Below, in pieces: positions 24,761 through 28,217 of a stretch of 28,217 nucleotides of DNA. The stretch lies in IMG/VR virus record IMGVR_UViG_3300020042_006344, positions 1-28,217 of that record; one strand, given 5' to 3'. The translations under genes and the position numbers were made by a program. How positions within the stretch are numbered: position 1 is the first letter of the stretch; every line of letters starts with the position of its first letter. The notes under the pieces were generated by a model. That model was given only the letters and a program-made list of their open reading frames with translations, ran no database searches and was not told the DNA's origin. The DNA is from a virus. Its lineage: Duplodnaviria > Caudoviricetes.

Positions 24761-26059
24761 TTAGAATGAAGGTGCTACCAAGCCAGTGCCTGCGATCGCA
24801 GAGACTGCCGTTGGGTAACGCCCTGCTGAGAATGCTGCGTAGCCGTAAACTACCGACTTCACAGTCAAGTTACCAGCGCCAGTCGCGTCAAAGTTCAACG
24901 CGAACGGTGAGCCAGGTTGCTCCCAGAGGTGCATTTCTGGTGCTGCCACACAGAAGATCTTGTCCTGGTTTGTGCTAGCGCCGCCGTCTGTGGCGATGCT
25001 TGCGTCTGTCACGATAGGGAGACCCATCAGTGAATAGCCAGAGTTGCCGTATGATGACACACCCGTGCCTACTGCGACTGCATTCATTGGACCGTAGCCG
25101 TTTGGAACTACCAAAGGACGATCTGAAGAATCCACTCCTGCCAACAAGTACGCGAGGCGTCTTGGGTGCATTAGCCAGTGAGTTGGGTTGATGAAGGCGT
25201 TAGTCTGAACCTGTTGTACAGCGTCAGCTAGCTTTGGGTACAGAAGCTTAATCGTTGGAGATGCGCTTGTGTAAGTGACGGCGTTGATGCCTGTAGTCGA
25301 TGCGATGCCCAAGATGGTGCCTGAAGTACCAGCGCCGTTGATGCATTGGCTGTCGAGGTTTGTGTGCCACGCACGAATGAGGTCAGCCACGATGAATGCG
25401 TCGATGCCTGTGCCACGTTCGATCGCTTGGCGCGAGATGTCTTGCTGTCCTGCGATAGTGCGCACGTTGATCGTGAGCAGTGTATCGTCGGCGTCTGTCT
25501 CTTGAACAGCTGCGTTTTCAGTTGCCTGAATCGCAGTCGCTGTGCCAGTCGTCATTCTGGATATGTTGATCGTCATGCCGCTGGTCGGAAGTGTGTGCTT
25601 GTTTGTTGCAGCGTCCAAGAATGGACGTCCTGCGCGAGCTAGCGGTGCAGCTAGGTCTGTGAGATATTGAGGTACTACGAGGCCCTCGAATGCTCCAGTG
25701 CCGACATCGCGACGTTCGATCGCTTCTTCACGCATGTGGCGCGCTAGACGCTCATTTGCAGCAAAGTCGTTTCTGAACTGTGAGTTGAAGGCGTCCTTCA
25801 CGAATGAAGCCTCTGCCTGTGGTGTGTAAGTGCGTGCTTCACGTGTTACAGTGGCGCCGCCTACCTTTGGCATCGCAACGTCCGCAACAGCAGCGCGTGC
25901 TTCTGCGAGCTTAGCGTCAGAAGCTGCTTGCTCCTGTAGCTTTGTGATCTTTGAATCTAGTGAGCGTGCTTCCTCTGCGAGGGTTTCAACCTTCGCGGAT
26001 TCGTCATCTGTGAGGTCAGTACGGTCTTCGGCTGCGACTGCTTCAAGAATCGCGTCCAT
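24761..26059 (-). CDS. HK97-fold major capsid protein (probably clipped at its extreme 5' end by the junction)
   Basis: Coiled-coil delta domain, GLVVPQYL, QDISRQAIER, WLMHPRR, GLPIVTD; the frame continues upstream as RREEVKAE to about 26085. Confidence 0.9.
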   Translation of the reverse strand: MDAILEAVAAEDRTDLTDDESAKVETLAEEARSLDSKITKLQEQAASDAKLAEARAAVADVAMPKVGGATVTREARTYTPQAEASFVKDAFNSQFRNDFAANERLARHMREEAIERRDVGTGAFEGLVVPQYLTDLAAPLARAGRPFLDAATNKHTLPTSGMTINISRMTTGTATAIQATENAAVQETDADDTLLTINVRTIAGQQDISRQAIERGTGIDAFIVADLIRAWHTNLDSQCINGAGTSGTILGIASTTGINAVTYTSASPTIKLLYPKLADAVQQVQTNAFINPTHWLMHPRRLAYLLAGVDSSDRPLVVPNGYGPMNAVAVGTGVSSYGNSGYSLMGLPIVTDASIATDGGASTNQDKIFCVAAPEMHLWEQPGSPFALNFDATGAGNLTVKSVVYGYAAFSAGRYPTAVSAIAGTGLVAPSF

Positions 26060-26111
26060 CTCGGCCTTTACCTCTTCGCGGCGCGTACAGGTTTAGGACT
26101 TTAGGAGAGAC

Positions 26112-26561
26112 ATGGCAGGCAAAGGCCCAGCGCCGAAACCAGCAAGTGAACGCAGGCGTCGCAACGCTGACCCAGTGCCGACTCAGGTCGTTACTGCCGA
26201 CGGCGCCGTTCGCGGTCCAGAGCTGCCAAAAGGCTACGAGTGGCACATGCAGACGATCAAGTGGTGGCAGACTTGGCGCGTCTCACCGATGGCCTCGACC
26301 TTCACTCAGACCGACTGGGACTTTCTACTTGACACTGCGATCTTGCACTCTGCTCACTGGAACGGCGAAAACACAGCCGCCGAACTGCGCATCCGAGTAG
26401 CAAAGTTCGGCGCCACACCCGAGGACAGACTGCGTCTGCGCCTACAAGTGGACACCGCGCAAGACGCGAGCAAGACGACAAGCAAGACTTTGACAGATCA
26501 GCGGCGTACTCGCCTATTGAAGGTCGTGGGGGACAATGACCAAGAAAGCACAGCAGTCTAG
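26112..26561 (+). CDS. terminase small subunit
   Basis: GKGPAPKP...RRRRN, WW-x2-W, TDW-x2-L, ELR-x4-FGATP-x-DR-x-RL; AGGAG RBS; precedes TerL. Confidence 0.85.
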   Translation: MAGKGPAPKPASERRRRNADPVPTQVVTADGAVRGPELPKGYEWHMQTIKWWQTWRVSPMASTFTQTDWDFLLDTAILHSAHWNGENTAAELRIRVAKFGATPEDRLRLRLQVDTAQDASKTTSKTLTDQRRTRLLKVVGDNDQESTAV

Positions 26562-28092
26562 CTTCAAGTCGCTCGGTTGGGTGGCCATTGACTGGATAGA
26601 GACTTACTTGGTCCACGGGCCAGGCGATGTGCAGGGCGAGCCGATCGTTTTGGACGACGAGCAGGCCACCTTCATACTCAGAGCCTACGAGATCGACAAA
26701 AACGGCAAACGCACGACACGACGCGCCTTCTTCTCGCGTTCAAAGGGCAGAGCCAAAAGCGAACTCGCTGGAATGATCGTCTGCTTTGAAGCACTCGGCC
26801 CAGCGCGTTTTGACCACTTTCTGGCTGACGGCACACCCGTCGGTCGTCCAGTGCAGTACCCTTTCATTCGGTGCCTCGCCACAGAAGAAAGCCAGTCTGG
26901 AAACACCTACGACAACGTGCGCTACATGCTCGAGCACGTCAAAACGAACTTCGGCAGCGACTACCCAGGCATTGATATCGGCTTGACTCGCACCATCTTG
27001 CGAGGTGGCGGCGAGATCATTCCATCGACAGCGGCGTCAGCCTCGAAAGACGGCGGCAAGGAGTCCTTCGCCGTTGCAGACGAGACGCACCTGTACTCGT
27101 CGCCTGAACTCAAACGAATGCACGAGACCGTGCGACGCAACCTAGCAAAGCGCAAAGCCGCAGACCCTTGGATGCTCGAGACTTCAACGATGTACGCAGT
27201 CGGCGAGGACTCGATCGCAGAACAGACGCACAGGCTCTGGGTGGCGATGCAAGAAGGCAGAGCAAAAAACCCTGGCCTCTTGTTCGATCACATACAAGCG
27301 CCAGAAGTTCCAGATCTGCAGAACACCGAGCAGCTGAAAAAAGCGCTCGCAGTCGCCTATGGTCCAGCATTCGCTTGGCTCGACATCGACAGACTCGTCA
27401 ACGAGATACAGGACCCGATGACCAAGGGCTCAGACGCAAGACGCTACTTTTTGAACCAGCCTTCCACTGACACCGACAAATACATGGACTCGATCGCGTG
27501 GAACAAGGCAGCAGAACCAGAGCAGCTGGCAGACGGCACGACCGTCGTGCTCGGCTATGACGGCAGTCGCAAAGACGACGCCACCGCTTTAATCGCTTGT
27601 CGGGTCGAGGACGGCAAGATCTTTCAGATCGCCTGCTGGGAACGACCACCTGGCCCAGCTGGATACGGCTGGGAAGTGCCACGCATCGAAGTCGATGAGG
27701 TGGTGCGCGAGACTTTCGAGAAGTACGACGTTCGTTCGATCTGGGCAGACCCTTCGGGCTGGCAGTCGTACCTCGATGCTTGGAACACGACCTTCGTCGA
27801 TCGAGTGGTTGCGGTCTATCCAGCCAGCCAGCGCAAGCTCATGGCTCAGGGTTTAGACCGCTTTCTTGAAGACACACTCGAAGGCAGACTTAAGCACGAC
27901 GGCTCGCCAGAGCTGACTCGGCACGTATTGAACGCGATACCAGCTCGCTACGGGCAGGTATCCAAACCATCGCAAACGCACAAGATCGACGGCTTGATCG
28001 CTGCAGTCCTGGCCTACCTTGGCAGAACAGACGCGCAGCTTAACCAGCCAGAAGTCAAAAACGCGACGCAGTTCTTTGCGTTCGAGGTCTAG
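26536..28092 (+). CDS. terminase large subunit
   Basis: Walker A RSKGRAKS, Walker B VADE, nuclease motifs LGYDGS-x2-DD and KIDG. Confidence 0.93.
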   Translation: MTKKAQQSSFKSLGWVAIDWIETYLVHGPGDVQGEPIVLDDEQATFILRAYEIDKNGKRTTRRAFFSRSKGRAKSELAGMIVCFEALGPARFDHFLADGTPVGRPVQYPFIRCLATEESQSGNTYDNVRYMLEHVKTNFGSDYPGIDIGLTRTILRGGGEIIPSTAASASKDGGKESFAVADETHLYSSPELKRMHETVRRNLAKRKAADPWMLETSTMYAVGEDSIAEQTHRLWVAMQEGRAKNPGLLFDHIQAPEVPDLQNTEQLKKALAVAYGPAFAWLDIDRLVNEIQDPMTKGSDARRYFLNQPSTDTDKYMDSIAWNKAAEPEQLADGTTVVLGYDGSRKDDATALIACRVEDGKIFQIACWERPPGPAGYGWEVPRIEVDEVVRETFEKYDVRSIWADPSGWQSYLDAWNTTFVDRVVAVYPASQRKLMAQGLDRFLEDTLEGRLKHDGSPELTRHVLNAIPARYGQVSKPSQTHKIDGLIAAVLAYLGRTDAQLNQPEVKNATQFFAFEV

Positions 28093-28099
28093 GAGATCA

Positions 28100-28217
28100 A
28101 TGAAAACGAAACTCAACTGGTCAGTGGTGATCGAGGTTAGCGGCTTAGCTGCTGCAACCTGTGGCCTTGCCATGCTGTCAGTGCCAGTCGCACTCATCGC
28201 GCTCGGCTCATTCCTTG
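28100..28217 (+). CDS. small membrane protein (partial), typical of the position between TerL and portal
   Basis: AGGAG RBS; MKTKLNWSVVIEVSGLAAATCGLAMLSVPVALIALGSFL runs off the window. Confidence 0.65.
   Translation, partial: MKTKLNWSVVIEVSGLAAATCGLAMLSVPVALIALGSFL

Noticed and set aside
1959-26105. CTTTAGG near both junctions (1959-1965 and 26099-26105) as an att site or target duplication
   Set aside because: Only 7 nt, offset from the inferred breakpoints, and no integrase or invertase is present.

Overview
Most of a GC-rich tailed phage genome (siphovirus-like). The gene content and GACAC-bearing promoters suggest an actinobacterial host. The window has three segments. (A) 1-1968, + strand: the 3' end of a purZ-type gene, a MazG-like/DUF1599 gene, a nucleoside 2-deoxyribosyltransferase-family gene, a dUTPase-fold gene and a broken Cys-rich gene. 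(B) about 1969-26085, - strand: major capsid, head-tail and tail genes (including tandem duplicated tail-tube genes), lysis cassette, two duplicated strong promoters driving small early genes, a phage-encoded adenylosuccinate lyase (purB), resolvase, transglycosylase, Cas4-like nuclease, SSB-like protein, a C5 methyltransferase with a nested out-of-frame ORF, a primase-polymerase/helicase, a putative origin, and a second, 3'-truncated purZ allele. (C) about 26086-28217, + strand: small and large terminase. The junctions look like inversion or chimera joints between two related phages. The most interesting biology is a probable 2-aminoadenine (Z) pathway of the PurZ0 type. It carries its own PurB and an unusual set of nucleotide-pool enzymes, and no DpoZ polymerase or HD-domain DatZ is visible. 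Also notable are the apparent complete absence of the adenine-free site CCGG and two tRNA-like RNAs.
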